From Geobacter metallireducens GS-15 (GTDB taxonomy: Bacteria; Desulfobacterota; Desulfuromonadia; Geobacterales; Geobacteraceae), in assembly GCF_000012925.1 (NCBI RefSeq), contig NC_007517.1:90001-122000 (forward strand): 32,000 bases of DNA, read 5' to 3'. The position numbers and the translations under genes are program-made. This document shows positions 10,103 to 18,900 of the stretch, piece by piece (position 1 is the stretch's first letter; each line of letters starts with the position of its first letter). The notes under the pieces were generated by a model, which was not told the DNA's origin, made no database searches, and saw only the letters and a list, made by a program, of their open reading frames with translations.

Positions 10103-10267
10103 CGAAAAATTGAGATATATCTTTCCTGAATTAGTAAGTGCCAAGATCAATATGCCCATCACAACAGCTGCTTTGGTGTCATTAACCCTAATAGCAGATT
10201 GAATATCTGTGATCGAGGCGTATAGGAATGCCAATATTTTTCCATCATTCTCTTTGCTCATTATCAT
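10103..10267 (-). pseudogene. 5' fragment of the IS-disrupted 3-TM effector gene (PycTM-like)
   Basis: ATG 10267 (or 10261) gives MIMSKENDGKILAFLYASITDIQSAIRVNDTKAAVVMGILILALTNSGKIYLNFS, with a codon boundary exactly at 10103. Track ORF 10040..10267 then reads 20 junk codons into the IS right repeat. Positions 10103..10110 are the right copy of the target duplication. Confidence 0.8.
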
Positions 10268-10319
10268 TACCCTTTAACACCCCTTGTGCTTATCACTCAA
10301 TGGCTTGCAAAATGTACTA

Positions 10320-10994
10320 TTAACCTCGATTCTTACGCTGTAGCAATGGAGGATGCAGTATTCGTTTTGTTACATTTTGTGGTTCTATACTCATGAGTTT
10401 CATGCAACTGACTCTCCTACTACCTGCAATATTACGAAGGGTTCTCTCTACCTCGGTAAAACGCCACTGTATAGTATCTTGTTTGATAGAATTGTAAAGA
10501 TTTTTGGTCATCAGCATCTTATTAGCAGGATTCTTGTCGCGATCTTTTATTGCGCTTTGCAACCTACATGCAACGTTCAGTGGCCGTCCCACATATTCGT
10601 CACGATGGTTCAACCTTATCTTGATTAACCGTCCGCGATCCATTCCGATTGTTAGACCTATAATTTCTGGTGGAGTTTCTAAAACCGGGTGGATTTTCTG
10701 CTCATAGAGATGTTTAAACGTGGTGCACAATTTTCGAATGAATGGAAGAAGCTTTTCTCCGTCAATATTGTGATCAAATAGAAGAATCCAGCCATCGCCA
10801 GTGAAGTTATAGAGTCGGAAAGGAAAGTTATCTCCTTGTTCTACGATGAATTTCTTTACACCTATCAACAAATTACGCCATTTTTGCAAATTGTCGGTGC
10901 GATGAAGATCTTCAAGAATATCTGTAGATGAGCATATGTCGAAAACTAAAACAGCGGCCATAACTTCCTGCGCCATGTCAGACTCTTGTGTCAT
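10320..10994 (-). CDS. Class-III nucleotidyl cyclase (Cyc1), PycC-like, minimal single domain
   Basis: The 224-aa product lies in low-GC DNA. Motifs are AAVLVFDICSST (metal Asp), YNFTGDGWILLF (metal Asp) and EYVGRPLNVACRLQS (N-x-x-x-R transition-state pair). GGAGAA lies 8 nt upstream of the ATG. The effector gene starts 52 bp downstream. Confidence 0.8.
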   Translation of the reverse strand: MTQESDMAQEVMAAVLVFDICSSTDILEDLHRTDNLQKWRNLLIGVKKFIVEQGDNFPFRLYNFTGDGWILLFDHNIDGEKLLPFIRKLCTTFKHLYEQKIHPVLETPPEIIGLTIGMDRGRLIKIRLNHRDEYVGRPLNVACRLQSAIKDRDKNPANKMLMTKNLYNSIKQDTIQWRFTEVERTLRNIAGSRRVSCMKLMSIEPQNVTKRILHPPLLQRKNRG

Positions 10995-11026
10995 TAGTAT
11001 ATTCTCCTCTGTTCAACATAATTATT

Positions 11027-11060
11027 GAGCGGTTCACGCGCACGCGCGCATGAACCGCTC
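11027..11060 (-). terminator. Perfect 10-bp stem hairpin at the SPFH-gene / island junction (candidate terminator)
   Basis: GAGCGGTTCA (11027..11036) pairs with TGAACCGCTC (11051..11060) around a 14-nt alternating GC loop. It lies 45 nt after the SPFH stop on the minus strand and is followed by A/T-rich AATAATTATGTT, which is not a clean U-tract. Confidence 0.4.
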
Positions 11061-11104
11061 ATCCCCCCAAACAGAACATTTCTCCCGTAACAGGATTTCC
11101 CGCC

Positions 11105-13597
11105 TCACGCCTGAGGCTGCTTCCCCCCCTTCGCCATCAACGCATTCAAATCCACCCCCGGCAGCAGCCGGGTCAACTGCCCCATGAGCCCGTCGCCGGC
11201 TGTGCCGCCGCCGGAGACGAGCACATCGGGGACGATCTTGATCTGGCCGTTTTCGATGGCGGCGGAGATCAGTTCGACGATCTTGATCTGCTTGATGGCG
11301 TCTTCGCCGATGGCCTCTTTCTGTTTCGAGTAGGCCTGGGCGGTGGCGTCGCCGATGGCGGCGATCTTTGACGCCTCGCCGTCGCCGATGGCCTTCAGCC
11401 GCTTCCCTTCGCCGGTCCCTTCCAGGGCCTGGGCTTCGGCGGTACCTTCGGCCAGGGTGATCATCTCGGCCTTCTTCTGGGTGGCCACCTTCACGGCGAT
11501 CTCAGACGCCACGAGGGTAGGCTGCTGGTCGGCGGTGGCCCGCATCTTCTCCATCTCGGTCCGCTCGGCCTGGGAGCGCTGCTCCATCTTGTACATCTCC
11601 TGCTGCTGCTCGGCGATGATCCGCTTGGTCTGGGTCTCCATCAGGTCTTCGGGGAGCTTGATCTGGCATATGAGTACGGAGACACACTCCACATGGTACC
11701 TCTCCAGGTCGATGCGGGCACGGCTCTCGGCTTTGGACTGCTCTTCGGAGCGGCTCTGGAGGAAGTTCATGGCCGAGGCGGTAGAGGCCTGGTTGCGGAA
11801 GGAGGAGTCGATCATGGGGTGGATGACGTGCTGGATCAGGTTGTCGATGGATCCCACCTTTGCCACCATGTAGGGGGCCTGGTCGGGCCGGACGCGGATG
11901 ACCACCTTAACCGCCACCTGGATGGGGAAGCCGTCCTTGGAGATGACGGTGAGCTGGTCGAAACGGGTGTCCTCCTGGTCGTCCCAGTCGATGGTGATGT
12001 TGGTGGTGTCGATGATGTAGCACATGAAGGCCCGGCGGTTCAGGTAGTAACGGCCGGGTCCGGCCACCTCCTCCTGGATCCCCCGGAACCCCTTGGGGAC
12101 CACGTACTTCTCTTTCCCCTCCTCGATGGAGGCGCCGGTCTGGGATGAGCCGAGCCGCTTCTTCATCTCCTCCGTCGGGTCATCCCCCACGTTGGAGACG
12201 ATGACCCCCACCTGGCCCCGCTCCACCACGGCCACATCGTCAATGGCGACGCTGAACATGAGGGGGTTGATGTAGTAGGTGCCGGGGCGAAGGACGTCGA
12301 GCTGCGGTCCCCGCTGGCCGCTCTTGGTGAGGAAGGCGGAGCCGTCCTGGTAGTCGTTGTGGCCGGTGATGGGGGAGGCGACATACTCCCGCTCCGGCAG
12401 GGGGATGCCGTCCAGGGCGGTGACCAGACCGATCTTGTTGGCCTCCACGACCGCCGCCGGGGCGATCTGGATCTGGAACAGGTTCAGGTTGATCCGGTAG
12501 GTACCGGGGAGGAGCACGTCGATCTGGGGCCCCTTCTGGCCGCCGTTTTTCAGGAATGCCTCGCCGTTCTCGAAGTTGGAGTGCTCCGGCACGCTCTGGG
12601 CCAGGAGCCGCCCCATTGGGATCGGTTCGCCGTCCTGGGCCGTGACCATCCCCACCTCACCCTTGGCGATGACCACCGCCGCCGCCTTCATGATGCGGAA
12701 GAGATTGGGATGGATCCGGTAGACCCCCGGCGGCAGGATTTCGATCTGGGGTCCCTTCTGGCCGCCGTTCTTGATGAATGCCTCGCCGTCCTGAAAGGAG
12801 TTGTGCCCCGGCACCACGTTGGCGAAGATCCGCCCCGCGGGGATGGCCGAGCCGTCCGACGACTCCACCATGCCGATCTCCCCTTCGCTGATCTTGGTGG
12901 CGAGGCTCTTGGTGACCTTGAAGAGGTAGGGGTTGATCCGGTAGTTGCCCGGCGGGATGATCTCGATCTGGGGCCCCTTCTGGCCGCCGTTCTTGATGAA
13001 CGCCTCGCCGTTTTGGAAGGAGGCGTGCCCCTCCACCGCCCTGGCGAAGATTTTACCCTCGGGGATGGCGGCGCCATCCACCGACTCGACGATGCCGATT
13101 TCCGTGTCCTTGATCTCGGTGACAGTCCCCTTGGTCAGCTTGAAGAGGTAGGGGTTGATCCGGTATTTCCCCGGAGGGAGCACCTCGATCTGGGGCCCCT
13201 TCTGGCCGCCGTTTTTGATGAAGGCCTCGCCGTCCTGGAAGGAGTTGTGACCGGTTACCACCTCGGCGAAAATCCGCCCCGCCGGAATGGCGTTGCCGTC
13301 CACCGATTCGATGAGGCCGATCTCGTTGTCGAGGATTTCCGTGAAAACGCTCTTGGTCGCCTTGTAGATGAAGGGGATGAGGAAATGGAGCCCCGGGCCG
13401 AGGGTGCGGGCCTGGATGCCCACCTCGTTCCCCAGGGCCACGACACGTCCCTGGGGCATCTTGCTCCCGAACCAGCGCCGCTCGATGAGGGCGATTTCGT
13501 TACCGCCGACAATGACGATTGAGGCATAGAGGAGGACGGCAATGGGCACCAGTGCGGCAAAGTACCCCCAGTGGTCAAGAACGACATTTAATAACAT
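11105..13597 (-). CDS. SPFH/band-7 (flotillin / YqiK-like) membrane protein with an expanded N-terminal repeat array
   Basis: The 830-aa product has an N-terminal TM segment (YFAALVPIAVLLYASIVIV) and then five 74-aa tandem repeats. An SPFH core follows (FDQLTVISKDGFPIQVAVKVVIRV), then a long Glu/Ala/Lys-rich coiled-coil tail typical of flotillins. AAGGA lies upstream of the ATG. Confidence 0.85.
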   Translation of the reverse strand: MLLNVVLDHWGYFAALVPIAVLLYASIVIVGGNEIALIERRWFGSKMPQGRVVALGNEVGIQARTLGPGLHFLIPFIYKATKSVFTEILDNEIGLIESVDGNAIPAGRIFAEVVTGHNSFQDGEAFIKNGGQKGPQIEVLPPGKYRINPYLFKLTKGTVTEIKDTEIGIVESVDGAAIPEGKIFARAVEGHASFQNGEAFIKNGGQKGPQIEIIPPGNYRINPYLFKVTKSLATKISEGEIGMVESSDGSAIPAGRIFANVVPGHNSFQDGEAFIKNGGQKGPQIEILPPGVYRIHPNLFRIMKAAAVVIAKGEVGMVTAQDGEPIPMGRLLAQSVPEHSNFENGEAFLKNGGQKGPQIDVLLPGTYRINLNLFQIQIAPAAVVEANKIGLVTALDGIPLPEREYVASPITGHNDYQDGSAFLTKSGQRGPQLDVLRPGTYYINPLMFSVAIDDVAVVERGQVGVIVSNVGDDPTEEMKKRLGSSQTGASIEEGKEKYVVPKGFRGIQEEVAGPGRYYLNRRAFMCYIIDTTNITIDWDDQEDTRFDQLTVISKDGFPIQVAVKVVIRVRPDQAPYMVAKVGSIDNLIQHVIHPMIDSSFRNQASTASAMNFLQSRSEEQSKAESRARIDLERYHVECVSVLICQIKLPEDLMETQTKRIIAEQQQEMYKMEQRSQAERTEMEKMRATADQQPTLVASEIAVKVATQKKAEMITLAEGTAEAQALEGTGEGKRLKAIGDGEASKIAAIGDATAQAYSKQKEAIGEDAIKQIKIVELISAAIENGQIKIVPDVLVSGGGTAGDGLMGQLTRLLPGVDLNALMAKGGKQPQA
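12212..13321 (-). repeat. Five tandem 222-bp (74-aa) in-frame repeats inside the SPFH gene
   Basis: The landmark GATCTGGGG(C/T)CCCTTCTGGCCGCCGTT recurs at 12521, 12743, 12965 and 13187, exactly 222 bp apart. A degraded copy sits near 12296. The protein repeat consensus is IG.VES.DG.AIP.GRIFA..V.GH.SFQ.GEAFIKNGGQKGPQIE.LPPG.YRINPYLF. Confidence 0.9.
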
Positions 13598-13669
13598 TCG
13601 GATTCCTTTCGTGGTGCGGATGTGAGAGGGATGGGGGGCAATGCCCCTAGGACTGTTTTAATGGGCACG

Positions 13670-15166
13670 CTACTCCCGCACCCGCATCAGCTCCGCCATG
13701 CGGACTGCGGGCCGGTCGCTGACCGGTTTACCGTCGTGGTAGAAGGTGACCAATTGCAGGTCGCCACCCTTGAAGGCGCGGACAGCCACGTCGTCGGGGC
13801 TGAAGGTGGCCCTTCCCAGGGACTTTTTCGTGGGCCAGTCGATGCCGCTGTAGGAGAGGTAAACCAGCTTGGAGCAGTAGACCCGCTCCTTGGATTCCAC
13901 GTCGAAGTTGAAGTCGTAGGGCTTGCCCACCTGGCGCAGGGCCTGGATGATGATCCGCCCCCGCTCGTCCCGGCCGGCGGCGGCCTTGCGCAGGATGCCG
14001 AGGCTGTCCACGTTCATGAAGTGTTCCAGTGTGTTCATCTCCACCCCGGAACGGAGGGCCTCCACCACGAGCCGTCCCTCACGGATCTCCCCGTGGTGGC
14101 GGGCCACCACGGGATTGTCCCAGATCCCCAGCTCCTTCAGCTCCGCCTCGCTGCCGATCCAGACCGCCGCATGACCCCAGTAACCGGGAATGAGCTTGTC
14201 GGTGAGCCGGAAGGGGGTCTTCTCCAGGAGGATGTCGCCGGACCTGAGGGTTGCCGAAACATCATGCGCCACGTCGCCCCGCAGGGCCAGCTTCCCCTTG
14301 CGGGTCTCCACCAGCCCCACCGCGTTGCCGAAGAGCATGCTGAAGACGTTGACCCCTTCCCGCTCCATTACGGTGAGGGTGTCGGTGGTGGCGGCCCCCA
14401 GGAAGCCCAGCTTGCGGCCGATAACGTAGAGGGGCGATACCTTCTCGACCATGGTGTACGAGGGGCTCTGGGCGATGAGGGTGGCGAGGTAGGAGGTTTC
14501 CGCGCCGTCGCGGAGGAGGGCCGGGTGCTTCTTTGATTCGCTCTCGAAGAACGAGATGGCCCGCCGGACCCGCTGCCGGTTGGCGATGGAGTTGTAGTTG
14601 AGGGTGACCTTCGAGAGGGCGGCGCGGGTCACGGCATAGCCGGGATCTTTTTCATTGAGGATGCGGCGCAGCTTGGCGTCCCCCTCAAAGAGGGAGACCG
14701 CAAGGAGGTAGTTGTCATAGAGGACCAGGGCCGAGGCCAGGGATACCATCACCCCCTTGAGACGGGCCTCATCGGTGATGCCGGCCTTGCTGAGTTCGGC
14801 GGTCGAGGCATCGAGCCAGCATTCGTGGCTCTCGGCCACGGCCAGCATCTCGTCCCGCAGGGTCAGGTGCTCGGTGATCCCCTGGTTGAGAAGTGCGATG
14901 TCATCGCCGGTAAGGGGTTTGCCCTGGTCCACTTTGGCGTGGACAGAATTTCCCACCTTGATGGTCTCGGCCCGGAGTGCCAGGGCCCGTTCCGCCAGGG
15001 TCCGGAAAGCAGTCATTTCCTTGGCGAGGGATTGGTTCACCGCCGCCCGGCCACCGCTGTGGGCCGCGGCAAGGTGCTCGCGGCAGGCCGCCTGGCGCTG
15101 GGCCAGGGCTGTGAAGGGTGAGAGGAGGGCAGCCATGAGCAGCACGGCAACGGTGATGCGCCTCAT
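13670..15166 (-). CDS. Secreted protein with a C-terminal YiiX/YaeF-type permuted papain-like (NlpC/P60 superfamily) domain
   Basis: The signal peptide is MRRITVAVLLMAALLSPFTALAQ. The C-terminal half carries GDILLEKTP...GYWGHAAVWIG...GKPYDFNFDVESKERVYCSKLVYLSY, the YiiX-family pattern with catalytic Cys and His. GGAGA lies 7 nt upstream of the ATG. Confidence 0.75.
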   Translation of the reverse strand: MRRITVAVLLMAALLSPFTALAQRQAACREHLAAAHSGGRAAVNQSLAKEMTAFRTLAERALALRAETIKVGNSVHAKVDQGKPLTGDDIALLNQGITEHLTLRDEMLAVAESHECWLDASTAELSKAGITDEARLKGVMVSLASALVLYDNYLLAVSLFEGDAKLRRILNEKDPGYAVTRAALSKVTLNYNSIANRQRVRRAISFFESESKKHPALLRDGAETSYLATLIAQSPSYTMVEKVSPLYVIGRKLGFLGAATTDTLTVMEREGVNVFSMLFGNAVGLVETRKGKLALRGDVAHDVSATLRSGDILLEKTPFRLTDKLIPGYWGHAAVWIGSEAELKELGIWDNPVVARHHGEIREGRLVVEALRSGVEMNTLEHFMNVDSLGILRKAAAGRDERGRIIIQALRQVGKPYDFNFDVESKERVYCSKLVYLSYSGIDWPTKKSLGRATFSPDDVAVRAFKGGDLQLVTFYHDGKPVSDRPAVRMAELMRVRE

Positions 15167-15197
15167 TCAGTGGTCTCCATTGATAGAATGATTTTTT

Positions 15198-15257
15198 GAC
15201 CCCCCTGCTCGCCTTGCTCGCTTCCCCCCTACAGGGTAGGGGGGACTGAGGGGGGTC
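15198..15257. repeat. Nested G/C-rich hairpin in the phosphatase-YiiX intergenic region
   Basis: The inner stem is CCCCCCTAC (15224..15232), loop AGG, then GTAGGGGGG (15236..15244). The outer stem is GACCCCCC (15198..15205) with GGGGGGTC (15250..15257). On the plus strand the structure is preceded by TTTTTT. Confidence 0.6.
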
Positions 15258-15261
15258 ACAA

Positions 15262-15870
15262 TCATCTCTTCGGCAATTGTTCCCCATAACTTTTAATAAA
15301 TTTTTTGAAATTAATCCAGACGTCATTGAAGCCGAAGGATTGCATCTCGGCCTCGGCGTCAGCCAGGGACCACCCCTCCACCTTCATCCGATAGGCGGCC
15401 ACCACGATGCCGGTCCGGTCCTGGCCATGGCGGCAGTGGACAAATACCGGCTGGTTAGCCGGGTCGGCCATGAGCACCACCACCCGGTCCACCTTCTCCC
15501 GGAGACCGTCGCGGGACATGGCGATGGGGATTGCAATGGCCTTCATGCCGGCCGCTTCCACCTCCCGCTGTTCACTTTCGGTGGTCCGGAGATCGATGAC
15601 CGTCCGGATTCCCATCTTCCGCAGGGTCTCGTACCCCTCGGGTCCCGGCTGGGCGCCCCGGTAGATTCCCGGCGCCACTCGTCCCCCATTTGATATCCCC
15701 GGCAGATGATAGATCCGTTCGGAGAGCCTCGCTTCCGGAGGGAGAGTGACGGACGCTTGTGGTTGGGCCGCAGGCGTCTGGCCGGTTACCGCGCTACCGA
15801 CGGCTGATCCCGCTCCCAGCGCAATGATCAGGCAGGCAACGATGGTTGGCCGAATGGTGATTGATGTCAT
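15262..15870 (-). CDS. Secreted Cys-based (CX5R) protein-tyrosine / dual-specificity phosphatase-like protein
   Basis: There is an N-terminal signal-like segment and the active-site motif VHCRHGQDRTG (HCxxGxxRT). AGGAGA lies 5 nt upstream of the ATG. Confidence 0.8.
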   Translation of the reverse strand: MTSITIRPTIVACLIIALGAGSAVGSAVTGQTPAAQPQASVTLPPEARLSERIYHLPGISNGGRVAPGIYRGAQPGPEGYETLRKMGIRTVIDLRTTESEQREVEAAGMKAIAIPIAMSRDGLREKVDRVVVLMADPANQPVFVHCRHGQDRTGIVVAAYRMKVEGWSLADAEAEMQSFGFNDVWINFKKFIKSYGEQLPKR

Positions 15871-15925
15871 GATGTTCTCCTATGTTCTCGTAGTTAAATG
15901 AAAACTGTCCATAGCTTACCCGGTT

Positions 15926-18900
15926 TCACCCCACTACCGCCAGAGCCGCCTCCTTCACCCCCCGCAGGTCCAGCTTCCCGGTCCCCAGCAGCGGCAGGGC
16001 GTCCACGGCCACGTAGCAATCCCGCCCCGGCTTCCAGAGGTTGGGGAGGTCGCTCTCGGCCATGAGCCGGTGGAGGGTTTCGGCATCGCCTGCCTCCCGG
16101 GCGAAGACCACCACGAGCTTTTCCCCCCGCTTCTCGTCAGGGATGCCGGTGACGGCCACGACGCCGGTCATCCCGAGGCGGGCGTGGAGAGCGTCTTCCA
16201 CGGCGCCGTGGGGAACCATCTCCCCGGCGATCTTGCTGAAGCGGGAGAGGCGGTCGGTGATGTGGAGAAAGCCGTAGTTGTCCAGCCGGCCGATGTCGCC
16301 GGTGACGTACCAGCCGTCCTTTACCACCTCGGCGGTCTTTTCGGGCTTGTGGAGGTAGCCGAGCATGACGTTGGGCCCCTTGACGAGGATGAGCCCCGCC
16401 TCCCCCTCGGGAAGCGCGGCAAAGGTGTCGGGGTCCACTATCTTCACCACCACGCCGGGGACCGGGAGCCCCACGCTCCCTTGCCGGGAGGCGATCTGGC
16501 GGACCCCGTTGACCTCCACGTCGGGAAGCGACAGGGAGATGACCGGCGACAGCTCCGTGGCGCCGTACCCCTCCATGGGGCGGATGCCGAACTTCTCCTG
16601 GAAGGTGTCGGCCAGCTTCGGCTTCAGTTTCTCGGCGCCGGTGATGACGAGGCGCAGGGTGGCAAAGTCCTCCTTTTTGGCTCGCCGCAGGTAGGCCATG
16701 AGGAAGGTGGGGGTGGCGATGAGGAGGGTCGACTGCCGCTCCCGCACGGTTTTGGCGATGGTTTCGCCGTCCAGGGGGTTGGTGTGGTAGACCGCCGAGA
16801 AGCCCGAGAGGAGCGGGAGCCAGAGGGTGCCGGTGAACCCCAGGGAGTGGAAGAAGGGGAGAGCCGAGCAGATGTTGTCCCGCTGGGTGGCGCGAAAGAC
16901 CATCCGGAGCGCCTCCAGGTTGGAGAGGATGTTGTGGTGGGAGAGCATGACCCCCTTGGGCTCCCCGGTGCTCCCGGAGGAAAAGATCACCGTGGCGAGG
17001 CGGTCGGCATCGAACCCGGCGGGGCGGGCGAAGGTGCGAAGCGGGAGGAAGCGGGCCGTGAGAAACGCCCGGCGCTTGTCGCCGTCGGTGAGGCCGGCGA
17101 GGAGGTCCTCCACGTAGAGGACACCGGGAAATTCCGGCAGGGTGCCGAGCTTCTCCAGGAAGACGCGGGAGGTGATGGTGGTCGTAATGGCGCACTGGGC
17201 CAAGGCCGAGCGGATACCCTCCGGCGAGGCGGTGTAGTTCAGGTTCACCGGCACGATGCCGTTCAGGGTGAGGGCAAGGTTCACCAGGGCGCCCCCCACG
17301 GTGGGGGGGAGGCAGACACCGACCATCTCCTGGCCGGGAGTTGCGTCCTTCAGCTTCGCCGCCAGGGCCACGGCGCCGGTGAGGGCCCTGCCGTAAGTCA
17401 GCTCCCGGCCCCCGGTGTCAGCCATGGCAAGGCGGTGCCAGTTCTCCCGGGCCGTCTCGGCGAAGAGCTCCCCCAGGGCGCGGCGTCGGGGCTTGCGGGC
17501 CTCGAACCAGGCCGCGGAAAGCTCCATCACGGCCCGGCGCACGTCGTGGGGGGTGCTCCCGGCCGGCACGGGCGCGCCGAAGAGGACCGTCACCCGGTAG
17601 GGGATGAGGGAGGGGAGGCGGGAGAGGAGCCTGCCGTGGGCGTAGGAGAGGGCGCTCCCCCAGGCGCCGCCGATGTAGACCGGGATGATGGGGTGGCTCG
17701 TCCCCTTGACGATGTGCTCGAAGCCCCCCTTGAACCGGTTCAGCATGCCGGTGCGGGTGATCTCCCCCTCGGCGAAGATGCAGACCAGGTAGCCGTCGTC
17801 CAGGGCCTTGCGGGCGGTGGCGATGAACTCCAGGAGGCCCCTTTTCCCGTCCCGGGACGAAACCGGGATCACCCCCATGAGGGCGCAGAGCTGCTTGAGG
17901 CCGGGAGCGCTGTAGATCTCCCGTTCCATGACGAAGCGGATCCGCCGCTGCTGGGTGGCGAGGAGGATGAGGGCGTCGAGCCAGGAGACGTGGTTCGCCA
18001 CCAACAACGCCCCCCCTTCCACCGGCACGTGGCGGTCGTCGATGGTGGTCACCCGGTAGCGGATCCGCATGACCGCCAAGGCGATGAAGCGGAGGAGGAA
18101 ATCGGGGAGGACCCGGAGGGTGACGGCCGTGAGGACGAGGGTGATCGCCCCGAGAACCGTGAAGCAGCTGCCGGGGGAGAACCCCAGGGGGCCCGAGAGG
18201 ACCCAGAGGAGCCCCGAGGCCAGAAGCACCCCGACCCAGCTCAGGAACGACGAGGCGGCCAGGACCTCCCCCCGCCGGTCCGCCGGTGCCCGCAGCTGAA
18301 TGAAGGACTGGAGCGGCACGATGAAGAGGCCGGCGCTGACGCCGAAGAGAGCCACCACGGCCAGGACCGCCCACAGGCTCGCCGGCATCATGGCCAGGAC
18401 GAAGGAGCAGACGGTGAGCCCCACGGCCCCGATGGGGACCACGCCGAACTCCACGGTGCGCCCGGAGAGCCGGCCGGCCCAGAGTGACCCGGCGCCGATG
18501 CCGATGGCAGCGGCCAGGAAGAGGTAGCCGCTCTGCTCTTCGGAGAGGGCGAGGATCTTCATGCCGTAGGGGAGGAGATTCAGCTGACAGAAGGCCCTCA
18601 CAAAGAGGAAGTAGGCGGCGCCGATCACCGCCAGGAGGAGATAGCCGTCGCGTTTCAGGCTCCGGAGGGTGCGCCAGTAGCTGGTCGGCAAGAAGGAAAT
18701 CGCCCGGTCCGGGGCCACGGCCGGTGTCGGGGGGAGGGTGCGGGCGATGAGAAGCCCGGCCACGGCAATGGCCACCCCCGCCAGAAGAGCCACGCCGTGG
18801 CGCCCCCCTGCCAGCTGCACGAGGAAGGGGGCCAGAGCAGTCCCCCCGACGATGGCGAGAAAGGAAGCCATCTCCAAGAGGCTGTTGGCTTTCGAGAGCC

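Noticed and set aside
10040-10267. A 75-aa ORF that could be taken as an intact small membrane protein downstream of the cyclase.
   Set aside because: Its last 20 codons (GSLAESVVTQGFWQVAKCVI) are read from the ISL3 right inverted repeat. It is the 5' fragment of the disrupted effector fused to IS sequence.
11037-11050. An alternating CGCGCACGCGCGCA tract, considered as a Z-DNA-like, repeat or CRISPR-like signal.
   Set aside because: It is only the 14-nt loop of a single hairpin. No spaced repeats occur anywhere in the window, so there is no CRISPR array.
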